This document shows positions 38,080 through 49,458 of a stretch of 64,000 nucleotides of DNA, piece by piece. A program made the position numbers and the translations under genes. This DNA comes from Octopus sinensis (taxonomy: Eukaryota). The stretch spans positions 23,560,001-23,624,000 of the forward strand of contig NC_043005.1 in the NCBI RefSeq assembly GCF_006345805.1, in the 5' to 3' direction. Every line of letters starts with the position of its first letter. Position 1 is the first letter of the stretch. The notes beneath the pieces were generated by a model. That model was given only the letters and a program-made list of their open reading frames with translations. It searched no databases and was not told where the DNA came from.

Positions 38080-38472
38080 ACTCGACTGGCTTCTGTGCCG
38101 GTGGCACATAAAAAGCACCATCCGAACGTGGCCGATGCTAGCGCCGCTCCGACTGGCTTCTGTGCCGGTGGCACATAAAAAGCACCATCCGAACGTTGCC
38201 AGCGCCGCCTTGGCTGGCTTCCGTGCCGCTGGCATGTTAAAAGCTCCAACCGATCGTGGCTGATGCCGGACCCCACCTGGCACCTGTGCAGGTGGCACGT
38301 AAAAAGCACCCACTACACTCGCGGAGTGGTTGGCGTTAGGAAGGGCATCCAGCCGTAGAAACTCTGCCAGATCAGACTGGAGCCTGGAGCAGCCCCTGGC
38401 TTCCCAGACCCCGGTCGAACCGTCCAACCCGTGCTAGCGCGGAAAACGGACGTTAAACGATGATGATGATGA
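38080..38472 (+). mobile_element. RTE LINE 3' UTR fragment with repeated hairpin units
   Basis: Four gtgccggtggcac-type units, then the terminal block and ggacgttaaacgatgatgatgatga. Confidence 0.88.
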
Positions 38473-38929
38473 TATACATATAGAGAGAGAGCTATAATGA
38501 ACAAGCTGAATTATAGCATGTGACCAAATGAAAAGACAACAAAGCATGATGTAAGATCTCAAGATTTGACTATCATTTCTAGCACGTTGAGTGACTGCAT
38601 AGAAGTTCCATCACTGGAGCTTAAGGAACAATTCCGCCAATAGGGTTCCAGCCTTCTATCTGTCACATCCTGGGCACATTATCACATACGATACGAGCCT
38701 CAACATAGTCATTTAACTCTTTTTGAAAGAGCTGCTGTATTTCCTTCAAAAATCACTTTTCATTATCTTTTGAGAAGAAGGGCAATAGATAAGATAGTTC
38801 TGGATGTGTGTGTGTATGTATATATATATATATGTGTATGTATATATATATATATATGTGTGTATGTATATATATATATGTATATGTATATATATATAAA
38901 TAATGTAAATAATGTTATATATATATATT

Positions 38930-39130
38930 ATGCGGAGAAAATCCCTGGAGAAGGACATGCTCAGAATGGTCAGTGGCAAGAGAAGAGGCCGACCAAGAAC
39001 CCGCTGGCTTGACACCATCAAGAGTGATACCGGAATGGACATAGCCAATCTGAAAGAAGCGGCCCAGGATAGAACTGACTGGAGGACACTGATCCAACAA
39101 GTGACCGAGAGTCGACTTCGACTGAGCGGA
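38930..39130 (+). mobile_element. 3' fragment of a different RTE (BovB-like) LINE
   Basis: MRRKSLEKDMLRMVSGKRRGRPRTRWLDTIKSDTG...AAQDRTDWR, typical of the RTE/BovB C-terminus; flanked by (TA)n. Confidence 0.75.
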
Positions 39131-39149
39131 TATATATTTATATATGATA

Positions 39150-39900
39150 TAGTTCAATGCTGAGAAGTTTCAAGCACTCTCCTAATGCCCACAAACAGAC
39201 TACAATCGGAATATACAGGACCAGGGTTTGTGCGGTCCCAGTCGGAGTCGATGTGTGACCTGGGAAGCCACACGAGGAATGATGCATCATTCCATGTGCA
39301 TATTACCAAGATGACAACACTGGGCAGACGAGCAGCTGAATGGATTCTGAAATCCTTCAAAACCATGAAAAACGATACCATGCTACTCCAATGGAGAATT
39401 TTCGTTCCCAGTCGTCTGAATTATTGCTGCCAACAGTAGTCACTGCAGAGCGTCAAACTGGGAGCGGAACTTGAGGCACTCCAGCGTCACAAAGAAGGTT
39501 GACCACGGTAAAACAGATGAGGTACTGGGAGAGGCTACAAGAACTGAAACTCTATTCCCTCTCCCTTGAGAGATATGAACGATATGCATACATGGAAGAA
39601 CCGGGAAGGTCTAGCTCGAAGCTATAGCAGCCAGTAAACTGGACGGCACTGCATAGTACCAAAGATTCGGCCTTCTCCATCTGGAATAAGGACCCAGTAC
39701 TATAACAGCTTGAGTTCCAAGGGTCCACAGCTTTTCAACATTCTGCTAAACAACCTCAGAGACTTGCGAGATGTAGATGAGGAGGCTTTCAAAGAGCGTC
39801 TGGACAAACTTTAATCTGAGAAACTAGATGAGGCCACGTCGCGGCAGGAGGCATAAAGAAGAGCTGCGCTGTCCAACTCACCAGAAAGAATTTCTGAAAG
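39150..39900 (+). mobile_element. Degenerate CR1-group LINE 3' fragment
   Basis: WILKSFKT...SRLNYCCQ, MRYWERLQELKLYSL and SKGPQLFNIL remnants typical of CR1-like ORF2 C-termini. Confidence 0.7.
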
Positions 39901-40093
39901 AGAACTAATCACACTAAACGTAATGCCTCAGCCCCTGCCTGAAAAGCTGTGGCTGTGTGGTAAGAAGCTTGCTTCCTAACCACATGATTCTGGGTTCAGT
40001 CCAACTGCGTGGCATCTTGGGTAAGTGTCTTCTACTATAGTCTCGGACCGACCAAAATCTTGTGAGTGGATTTGGTAGATGGAAACTAAAAGA

Positions 40094-41765
40094 AGACGAG
40101 TGGTTGGTAAGAGCTGTACAAGTCATGTACAGGTATGCTGTCAGTAAGGTGAGGGTTGGCAACGAGTATAGTGAAGAATTCCGGATAGAAGTAGAGGTTC
40201 ACCAAGGATCAATCCTCAGCCCCCCTCTTATTCATCATAGTCCTCCAGGTAATAATAGAGGAATTCAAGGTAGGTTACCCCTGGGAGTTTCTCCATGCTG
40301 ATGACCTTGCTTTAATAGCCAGAACTAGAGACGAAGTTTAGGGCGAAGAAGCAAGGTCTAGAATCGAAGGGCTTTAGGATTAACCTAGAAAAAACCAAAG
40401 TTTTAGTAAGTAGGAAGGCTGACAAATCATAAGCCCTTTCAGGTAGATCTGTAGAAAAGGCGTGTGTAGAAACTCCATACGATGTACCCGGTGCAAGCCA
40501 TGGAGACAAAAGGTGCAGCAATATTAAAGGAAAGGTAACCGAGAAGATAGTTTTTGTGTGTGGCAGATGCACAGGGGCAATAAACACTGAAGTTGTACAC
40601 AAAACAGATTCCATCACATGCCAGGGGCAAAAACTAGATGTAGTTCATAGCTTGCGCTATATCGGCGACCAAGTCTGTAGTGGGGGTGGTTGCTCTGAGA
40701 GTGTAGCGGCTAGAATAAGAATAGACTGGGTAAAGCTCAGAGAGCTCCTACCTCTGCTGGCAACTAAGAACCTCTCGCTCAGGATGAAAGGTAGACTGTA
40801 TGATCCATGTGTGCGAGCTGCCATGCTACACGGCAGTGAAACATGGGCCATGACTGCTGAGGACATGCGTAGGCTTGAAAGAAATGAAGCTAGTATGATC
40901 CGCTGGATGTGTAATGTCTGTGTGCATACACGACAGAGTGTAAGTACCCTGAGAGAAAAGTGGGACATAAGAGGCATCAAATGTGGTGTGCAGGAGACAC
41001 GACTGCACTGGTATGGTCATGTGTTACGTATAGATGAGGGCAGCTGTGTGAGGAAGTGTCACACCCTAACTGTGGAACGAACCTGTGGAAGAGGTAGAAC
41101 CAGGAAGATATGGGATGAGGTGGTGAAGCATGACCTTCGAACGTTGGGTCTTACAGAGGCAATGACAGGAGACCGAGACCTTTGGAGATATGCTATGATT
41201 GAGAAGACCCGGCAAGCCAAGTGAGATCGCATGGCCGATGCCAGTGTTGCATGTCCGACACATTTAAGAGTACCCTTGATGCATCGGGCGATATGATATG
41301 CTCGAGAAGACCTGTTGAGTCAAGTAAAACCAAAATCGTAGCTGTGGCCAGTACCCCTGATTGGCTCCTGTGGCGGTGGTATGTAAAAAGCACCATCCGA
41401 ATGTAGTCGATGCCAGGTCCACCTGACTGGCTCCCGTGCCGGTGGCACATAAAAAGTAACATCCGCAGGTGGCCGATGCCAGTACCCACTGACTGACTCC
41501 CGTGCCGGTGGTACGTAAAAAGCACTATCCGAACGTAATCGATGCCAGGCCTACCTGACTGGCTCCTGTGCCGGTGGCACGTAAAAAGCACCCACTACAC
41601 TCTCGGAATGGTTGGCGTTAGGGAGGGCATCCAGCTGTAGGAACATTGCCAGATCAGATTGGAGCCTAGTGCAGCCGCTGGCTCTCCAGACCTCAGTCAA
41701 ACCATCCAACCCATGCCAGCATGGAAAACGGACGTTAAACGATGATGCTGCTGATGATGATGATG
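40094..41765 (+). mobile_element. 5'-truncated degenerate RTE LINE nested in a family B SINE
   Basis: RT remnants (DEWLVRAVQVMYR; ORF 40556-41224), 3' UTR and (GAT)n tail. The SINE B head lies at ~39945-40093 and its tail at ~41766-41940. Confidence 0.88.
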
Positions 41766-42044
41766 ATATATATATATATATGTGTGCGCACGCGTTTTGT
41801 GCCCCTCCCCCCATCGCTTGACAACCGATGTTGGTGCGTTCATTTCCCCGTAAGTTTACGGTTCGGCAAAAATGACCGATAGAATAAGTACTAGACTTAC
41901 AAAGAATAAGTCCAGGGGTCGATTTGTTCGACTAAAAGTAAAATAATAAAAGAATAAAAAATATAGTATACTTGGAGAAAAAAAAGATGTTCATGTTTGG
42001 AACATTTTAGAGCATAAGTTTGCTAATTTAGTGATCATTTGAGG

Positions 42045-42045
42045 C

Positions 42046-42081
<36 letters not shown>

Positions 42082-42235
42082 TCATCAACAACAACATCAA
42101 CATCATCATCAACAACAACAACTACAACAGCAACAACATCAACATCATCATCAACAACAACACCAACATCATCAACAACAAAAACAACAACAACAGAAGC
42201 AGCAGCAGCAGCAGCTGCAGCAACAACAACAACCT
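42045..42235. repeat. (CAA)n/(CAT)n/(CAG)n trinucleotide microsatellite
   Basis: Direct inspection; explains the poly-Asn ORF 42039-42245. Confidence 0.95.
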
Positions 42236-43033
42236 ATTGGAATGAGCAGATGGTACACAGTCACATGGCTAACAGACATCATTAAGAGACGAAAGGAAAA
42301 CTGGGTTACAAATATAATTTAAGGATGCAGCTGTAATGTTATTAAGTAGTTATGAAATAAATATATTTAAGATACGTATTGTTACTTAAATTGATCTGAT
42401 ATGTCGAAATTGTCATTCTTGTTTGTTTAGTTTTATTTCTGTTTTTCCGTGTTTGCACAAGTTAGATAAAACTGAGGAAGATTTTTTTTATGGCCAGGTG
42501 ATGTTCTTGTCATATACTATTCTAGTCGCCAAAACCTACCTGTTTTGCATCTAAGGTATTTCTGTTCATTTCATTGGTCTTCACTTACACGAAGATGAAA
42601 CTATAGGACTTCTGCTTATCAGAGAATATCATGAACAAGGACACCTTTTTCTTTTTCACTCGGTCAGTGTTAATGAGGAGACGTGGATATCAACAACAAC
42701 GACTTTCAGTTACCATGAATGAAAGTCTCCCTCATCATGCCCCCAAATACATTTGTGCCCTCTATTCCTCTCCTAACTCCTCGAACCACCAGCGTCTCTT
42801 TAACTATATTTCAACCCCCACACACCACATTGGGGACATATATCTCATTTCACGTCCCTGCTAAGTCAATGCCTTCGGTGATTTCAACGTTTACAGTTTC
42901 TCGTTGATCCTTCTCCTTCATCCCATGCGGATGCTGTCGATATAGTAACCAAATCTTCTGCAATCTTTAATTCTCTTCATTAACTTGTCTCATCTTCTGC
43001 ACGCAATCCAGATCGATACACATACTATACTCC

Positions 43034-43265
43034 TGTTATGTGTAGTTTCGTTCTCGATGGATGATAGACAACTCAAATGAAGGCATTGTTATTGTTGTAC
43101 GTGTTTATTTACTTTACTTGTTACACGAACTGTCCACATTCAGCGTAGTAATACATATATACTTTAGACACAGTTCGTACTGTTTACTAGCAAAATAGTG
43201 CCAAAAGAGGGGATGTATTCTACACATGTATACCCACGTATACACATAGATATGAAGGTGTAACA
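43034..43265. mobile_element. Solo LTR (232 bp)
   Basis: TGTTA...TAACA termini with perfect 5-bp TSD actcc (43029-43033, 43266-43270). Confidence 0.8.
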
Positions 43266-44916
43266 ACTCCAAACACCTTTGATCTCTTTTTTAATCTATT
43301 CTAGTTCAGATCACTCTATTGTTGTTTCCACACCTGTCATCTGACCATTGCCTACTACTTCCCACACCTCCACATACTACACAATACCGCCTTACAATCT
43401 GCACCTAGGGTACTTCGCTAGTTTTAACCACCCTTGGTTGCTGGTATGCTTCAATCGTGACCCATCAGAAACACCTACGCGGGTGACTGAGTCTGTCTTT
43501 CTAGGAATAACTCTCCATATCCCGCACACATCAAAACTCCAGTGTCCCAAACCTCGTAGTGGTTCATTCGTAGTTGTGGTAAAGTTGTTCAGGGACTACA
43601 AACTCTGGTTAAATCTCCCCCTCCCCAGAAAAAAACAGAGCTGAGTGCAGTTTATCAGCAATGCAACATCTGTAGAAATGAAGTGGTGTATCGTACAGTT
43701 CCCTAGTTACTCTACCTTCCAAACTGCAGCCGATCTTTTCAGTCTCTTGTCGAAAGGATTTCCACCAACCTCATAGAATCTCGTCTCCCGCTTCTTCATG
43801 CCGTGGCTCTGTAGCATGGTTTATGGCTCTGTACTGTTGCAGAGAATGCCTCTACTTTCACTGCCCTTCTTGCAAACATCTCTTCATGCGCAGGTTTGGC
43901 AAATCTCCAATCCTCTGTCTCTTTCCACTCTTTCAAGCTCATCGTCTTGCATTCATATTTCAATCACTTCAAATCACCAAGGCCACTCACTGGTTCAAAC
44001 GTTGACCTATCCATTGCTCTCAAATATTGAACTATAGAACCTGTTTCTGTATTCCGAGATCTATCCCGATTTATGAAAACATGCTATAATGTTTCTCAAG
44101 GGAGGTAACCTCTCTGATCCTGTCAATTATCACCACATTGTATTTACATCCACTATCGTCAAGGTAATGGACAACCATTAACAACGGCAGACTCCAACTC
44201 CTTGAATTCGTCTCACTCGTTACTAATGACCACCTGCACAATTTCTATGAAACCAGACTCGCCGGTAACCTACTCTTCTTCGTTACCTCCCCATCACTCA
44301 CCAGCGAGCTCTTGCCGTAAAGGAATTTGATAAAAGCAAAATTGTTATCCTCGATATCAACTAAGCTTTCGGCAGTATCTGACATCAAACTACCTTTAAA
44401 ATCTTCCTACCTTTGGTCCCCACCTATCTCGCATCTCTTGGTTCGGTAGCGCTCTTTCAGTTCGCCCTGTTGTCACATGAGTCGACGGATTTCTCTCTCT
44501 CTCCCTCGTTCTCTCAGTTTCTGTATGACCCAGGATTTGGTTTTGTCTCTAATTCTCTTCCTTCCACATGACTTGCTGTCATATCTAACTGTGGGATGAT
44601 GTCAGCAGCTGGGTGCGTTGACCGGAAGCTGGGGCAACCGGAAGAGGAAACCGTCAGGCGTGCACAGGCAGCAGTGAATTCGGCCTTTCCAACGTGAGTC
44701 GTCGAGGTGTCAAAACGTGTGAAGGCGTCGCTAAGGTTTGGGTGAGCAGCTGCTATCTTTAGTGTTCGGGTCGGAGCTGTGTCGAAGGATTAGTTACCAC
44801 TGAAGGGTCTCCATCACGAGGAAGAGAAGGTAGGTGCCTTTATATTCGAATCGCGCACACACCACAAGCTATTTCGGCAATTCTTAAATATTTACATTTC
44901 AACACGATTCGTCGCC

Positions 44917-45684
44917 ATGATGTCTGCAAAAATTAGGATCGCCAGCGACGTCGTCAGACCCTTTAATGGTGAAGGCGATGTAGTGGCCTGGATTCGCAAA
45001 ATCAGGCTGGTGGCAAGACTGCAAGGTATAAGCGATGTGGCAAGTCTTATGGCGCTGTATTTAGAAGGGAGCGCCTTAACGCTATACCTTGAGATGGACG
45101 AAGAGGAACGGCTCAGCGAGGAGAACATAGAGCGACGCTTGCGGGATGCCTACACAGAATGCGAATTCACAGCTTTTGCTAAGCTAGGTGCGATCAGATG
45201 GACAGGAGGACAAGTGGATGACTTTGCAGCAGAAGTTAGAAGGTTAGCGACTCTGGCTGGGTTTGCGGGAGAAGGGCTGGGGAGAGCAGCCCAGCTGGCG
45301 TTTGTGAATGGGTTCCCCGACGATGTAGGGATTCACCTACAACGACTGCCCGGTATTAAAAAGATGGCGCTGAGCGAACTTGTGGCTCAGGCCCGCGTGT
45401 TGACGCGACACTCTGGGCGGAAGACGATAGCGATGGCGGTGACGGAGGCGCGTAAAGACGGACGACGACCGGAGAAAGACGTACAGAAGCTTATCATGCA
45501 ACGCGAGCGGCCGTTCTCAGGACGGTGTTTTAGATGCCAGGGACCGCACATGGCGCGGGACTGTACGCAGCCGGGGCCCGTTTGCTATCGATGGAGGCAG
45601 ACAGGGCACATTGCCCGTGATTGCGACCAGGGAAACAACCGCGGGGAAGTTGCTGCCTCTCGAACTTTCCCCGCAAACGAGTAG
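44917..45684 (+). CDS. LTR retrotransposon Gag (two zinc knuckles, second with C>W)
   Basis: gccATG context; CFRCQGPHMARDC and CYRWRQTGHIARDC. Confidence 0.88.
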   Translation: MMSAKIRIASDVVRPFNGEGDVVAWIRKIRLVARLQGISDVASLMALYLEGSALTLYLEMDEEERLSEENIERRLRDAYTECEFTAFAKLGAIRWTGGQVDDFAAEVRRLATLAGFAGEGLGRAAQLAFVNGFPDDVGIHLQRLPGIKKMALSELVAQARVLTRHSGRKTIAMAVTEARKDGRRPEKDVQKLIMQRERPFSGRCFRCQGPHMARDCTQPGPVCYRWRQTGHIARDCDQGNNRGEVAASRTFPANE

Positions 45685-48493
45685 AGGCGCTATTGGAGAC
45701 GCTGCCATTGATTGACGTGGAGGCCGAGGGGAAGACGTTCAAGGCCCTCGTGGATACGGGCTGTACGACCACCCTTGTGACTTCGAGGGTGATGAAGGAA
45801 TGGAACGGGGTGAGTAGCGTCCGGGCAGTCGACGGCAGCGAAATCCGTTGCAGATGCAGCAGCAAGGTAGAGATAGTGGTGCGCGGCGCGACGCTAAGGC
45901 TGCAGGCAATTGTGGCCGAACGCGTGATAGATGGAGTTGATGTGGTGATGGGGATGGACGTCATCAACTGCCTCGGTGGCGTCAGTGTTGTGGGAAATGA
46001 GGTCACGTTCGGAAGCGTGGGGGCGTCGTGCACTGCGAGTCAGGATCGCCAGAGAGAGCAGAGCCCCGCGAGGGACTGCGCCGCTTACACCATCGAGGAC
46101 AAAGACTTTCAGGCGGCATTCGATGGTCAGCGGTGGACGATAGAGTGGCGATGGAAGGACGAGCCCCCGACGCTGGAAAACAGGGTGATCTGTTGCCAGC
46201 ATATCCTGAAAGGCCACGCCAGGGTCGAGTTTGAAGACGAGGTGGAGAGGTGGATCGAGGAAGGCGTCCTTGTCCCTTGGAAGGAGGAGGTAGCGGGTGG
46301 AGTGCTACCCCTGATGGCGGTGGTGCAGCCTACGAAGGGAAAAGTCAGACCGGTGCTGGACTTCAGGGAGCTAAACCAGTACGTATTGTATCACACGGGA
46401 GGTGAGGCGACAGACGTTTGTGGCGGGACGTTACGTAAGTGGAGACAGTCGACCGAGGCAGCGACGATTGTCGACTTGAAATCGGCATACTTGCAGCTCC
46501 ATGTGAGCTACAAACTGTAGCGATATCAGCTGGTGCGGTACAAGGGCCGGACGTACTGTTTAACCAGGCTGGGTTTCGGGCTGAATTCCGCTCCGAAGAT
46601 CATGGCAGCAGTGCTTAGGTCCGTCCTAGGGAAAGACGGCAAGATTAGAAAGGCCACCAGCTCCTACATTGACGACATTTTGGTGGACGAAACTGTAGTG
46701 CCAGCCGACGAGGTAGTTAGACATCTGGAGAAGTTCGGACTGATTGCTAAGCCACCGGAGTCGATTGAAGGGAGAGCCGCGCTGGGGCTGAAGCTGCGAA
46801 GAGATGGATCGAGTGAATTGGTGTTCCGGAGAGGGAATGAAATCCCAGAGCTGAGTTCCAGCGTCAGCAGGAGAGAGCTGTTCTCGGTGTGTGGGAAGTT
46901 GGTCGGTCACTACCCGATCGCTGGATGGCTGCGCACGGCGTGTAGTTACACCAAGAGACGAGCAGAAGGGGAGAGTTGGGGCGACAAGGTGGGAGAAGGG
47001 ACGGTGGCGATGATGCAGGAAATCCTAGAGAGGACGAGAGCGGAAGACCCGGTCAGGGGGAACTGGTACGTGCCCAAGACGGAATGCGGGACCGTCTGGT
47101 GTGATGCTAGCAGTATAGCGATAGGGGTGGTGTTGGCAATCGAAGGCGCTGCGGTGGAGGACGCGGCCTGGCTTCGGAAAGCAGATGATTTCAACAACAT
47201 CAATGTCGCCGAATTAGACGCGGTGCTGAAAGGGGTGAACTTGGTCTTGAAATGGGGGCTGCGCACAATTGAAATCCGGACGGATTCGGCCATTGTGCTT
47301 GGCTGGGTAGGATCGGTGATCACCGGTGAAAGGAGAGTGCGGACGAAAGGTGCTGCGGAGATGTTAGTGAAGCGCCGTCTAGGAGTTCTAGGTGAATTGA
47401 TCGCCGAGTTCGGATTGAAGCTGAACGTGGTTTTCGTGCCTTCGGAGAAAAACGGCGGACGTACTGACCAGGGTGAAAAGAGCGTGGTTGGAAGAACCGG
47501 AGGAGGCCCGGAAAGGGATAGCTGCGGCGTGTCAGTTGGATGACTCTGAACTGAAGAAACTGCATGCTATGCATCACCTGGGTGTGGACAGGACCCTGTA
47601 TCTGGCGAAGAAAATTGATGCTGACGTCACTAGGAGAAGCATCCGGAAGGTGGTCGGGAGCTGCGACAGGTGTCAGTCCATCGACCCTGCTCCGTGTGGG
47701 CATGAACAGGGAAGCTTTTCCGTGGAGCAGAACTGGAAAAGGCTAGCTGTGGATGTGACACACTACCGTCAGCGAATGTACCTCTCCATGGTCGACTGCG
47801 GGCCGGGCCGGCTGGCCATTTGGAGGGAGTTGAGATCGGGCATTGCTGACGAGATCGCGCAGATCCTGAACGGGATATTTTTAGAGAGAGGTCCCGTGGA
47901 AGAACTACTGATGGACAACGGGGCGGCGTTTCGTTCGGAAGCATTGAGGGTTATGCTTGATCGGTGGAATGTGCGTCGCTTGTTCAGAGCAGCGTATAGG
48001 CCGAGCGGTAACGGGATCGTGGAGAGGCACGACAGTCAAGGCCATAGCGGAAAGAGGGCACATTTCGCTGCTTGAAGCAGTTTTTTGGTACAACTTGTCT
48101 CCCCGATCCGGACAAGCTGAGGAATCTGTGCCGCAGAGAGCTATGTTCATATATGAATGGAGGCACCCGAGCAAAGCGCCGGAGGGTCACGAGGAAGAGA
48201 AGGGACCCGTTCGCGTGAAAATAGGGGAGGACGTCTGGGTCAAGCCACCAAAGGCGCGCTGTACGTCTCAATGGAGCAGAGGAACGGTGACGGCGGTCAA
48301 TTCCAGAAACAACGTATCCGTAGATGGAATGCCACGACACGTCTTGGACCTTCGCAGGATTGTCGCTTCGACGGACGACGATTCTGGAGAGGGGGAGAAA
48401 GAGGTGCCTAGCTTGAGAAGATCTCGACGCGCAAGGCGCTCTCCCGGTTGGATGGTGGACTACGACATGGAGCGTAGAGATTGTGATCTTTAA
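45630..48493 (+). pseudogene. LTR retrotransposon Pol (PR, RT, RNase H, integrase) with one nonsense codon and two frameshifts
   Basis: PR LVDTGC; RT DLKSAY, LGFGLNSAP, YIDD; RH WCDAS...NVAELDA...TDS; INT HAMHH...CDRC, VDVTH, MDNG, GIVER. TAG at 46518-46520 (probably ancestral TGG); frameshifts near 47450 and 48030. Confidence 0.9.
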
Positions 48494-49458
48494 GATCAGG
48501 GTGGCGTGTGGGATGACGTCAGCAGCTGGGTGCGTTGACCGGAAGCTGGGGCAACCGGAAGGGGAAGCCGTCAGGCGTGCGTAGGCAGCGGTGAATTCGG
48601 CCTTTCCAACGTGGGTCGTCGAAGTGTCAAGACGTGTGAAGGCGTCGCTAAGGTTTGGGTGAGCAGCTGCTATCTTTAGTGTTCGGGTCGGGGCTGTGTC
48701 GAAGGATTAGTTACCACTGAAGGGTCTCCATCACGAGGAAGAGAAGGTAGGTGCCTTTATATTCGAATCGCGCACACACCACACTAACAACATCCACTCT
48801 TATGCAGATGACACTGTCTTTCAATCCTCCCTAACATGACCAGTCACACCCACCCACTCGCAACTTAGACACACGACAAACCCACTCTACGAACAAAGAC
48901 ATTGAAAGCATCCGCCAGTGGGAATTTGCTAATCTTGTCTCTTTTAACAACAAGAAAACACAAGCATTGTAGCTGTGGAGGAAATATCATCGCACCACAG
49001 CCACCTTAATATAAACAACACTAAACTAGAGCTCTCAGAAGCGCTCATCCCCACTAAAGATCTCTTCTGGTTAAAGTATATCCTTAACATAACTGGGACA
49101 GTACTCCTACGAGTGGCTCTTCTCTTTATGACTAGAAGGTACTTTTGTCTCCTTCAGTTATTGCGACTTAACAAGAGGTCAAGTGAAGTTTAAATGCTCT
49201 AACTTCTTGGGCGGTACTGCGGTTCTACGCACAGATATCTAAAATGCAACTAGAAAAGCGTCATTGACATAAAGTCGCTCACATTCAAGGCACAGCCTTT
49301 GATCCTCAGTTTCGCTGATGCCTTTTTCTGCTATTGTTTATCGCTACGTCGGAGTTGGATGGATTCATGCCATCTTCACTCAAGCATTCCTATCCTACTC
49401 GTTTCTCCTCTCAACAGTATTTGTTGTGTCCGCATATGTACAATATATATATTTATTC

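Larger units (their letters stand above)
44590..48783 (+). mobile_element. Complete, compact (4194 bp) Gypsy/Ty3-type LTR retrotransposon, decayed
   Basis: 277-bp LTRs TG...CA (44590-44866, 48507-48783), 10 differences; 5-bp TSD ctaac (44585-44589, 48784-48788); order gag-PR-RT-RH-INT; PPT-like taagatcagggtggcg at 48491-48506. Confidence 0.96.
42600..49420 (+). mobile_element. Old APE-type LINE (CR1/Jockey group) remnant split by two LTR insertions
   Basis: Endonuclease remnant YICALYSSPNSSNHQRLFNYIS (~42770). A PQGSVLS-like remnant lies just before 44590, and IHSYADDT follows immediately after 48788. Confidence 0.65.

Noticed and set aside
41345-41600. CRISPR-like repeat-spacer appearance of the gtgccggtggcac...aaaaagcac units
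   Set aside because: The linkers are homologous to each other rather than unique spacers, the units lie within an RTE 3' UTR in a eukaryotic genome, and there are no cas genes.
39945-41940. A SINE-headed chimeric LINE as a new element type
   Set aside because: The SINE B tail resumes right after the RTE tail, so this is a simple nested insertion into the SINE's internal TA tract.
44590-44880. Tf1-style self-priming from the LTR transcript
   Set aside because: The reverse complement of the post-LTR 12-mer (gccgaaatagct) is not present in the LTR.
46518-46520. TAG within pol as programmed readthrough
   Set aside because: It falls mid-RT at a position best read as Trp (KLWRYQ), and two further frameshifts show the copy is decayed.
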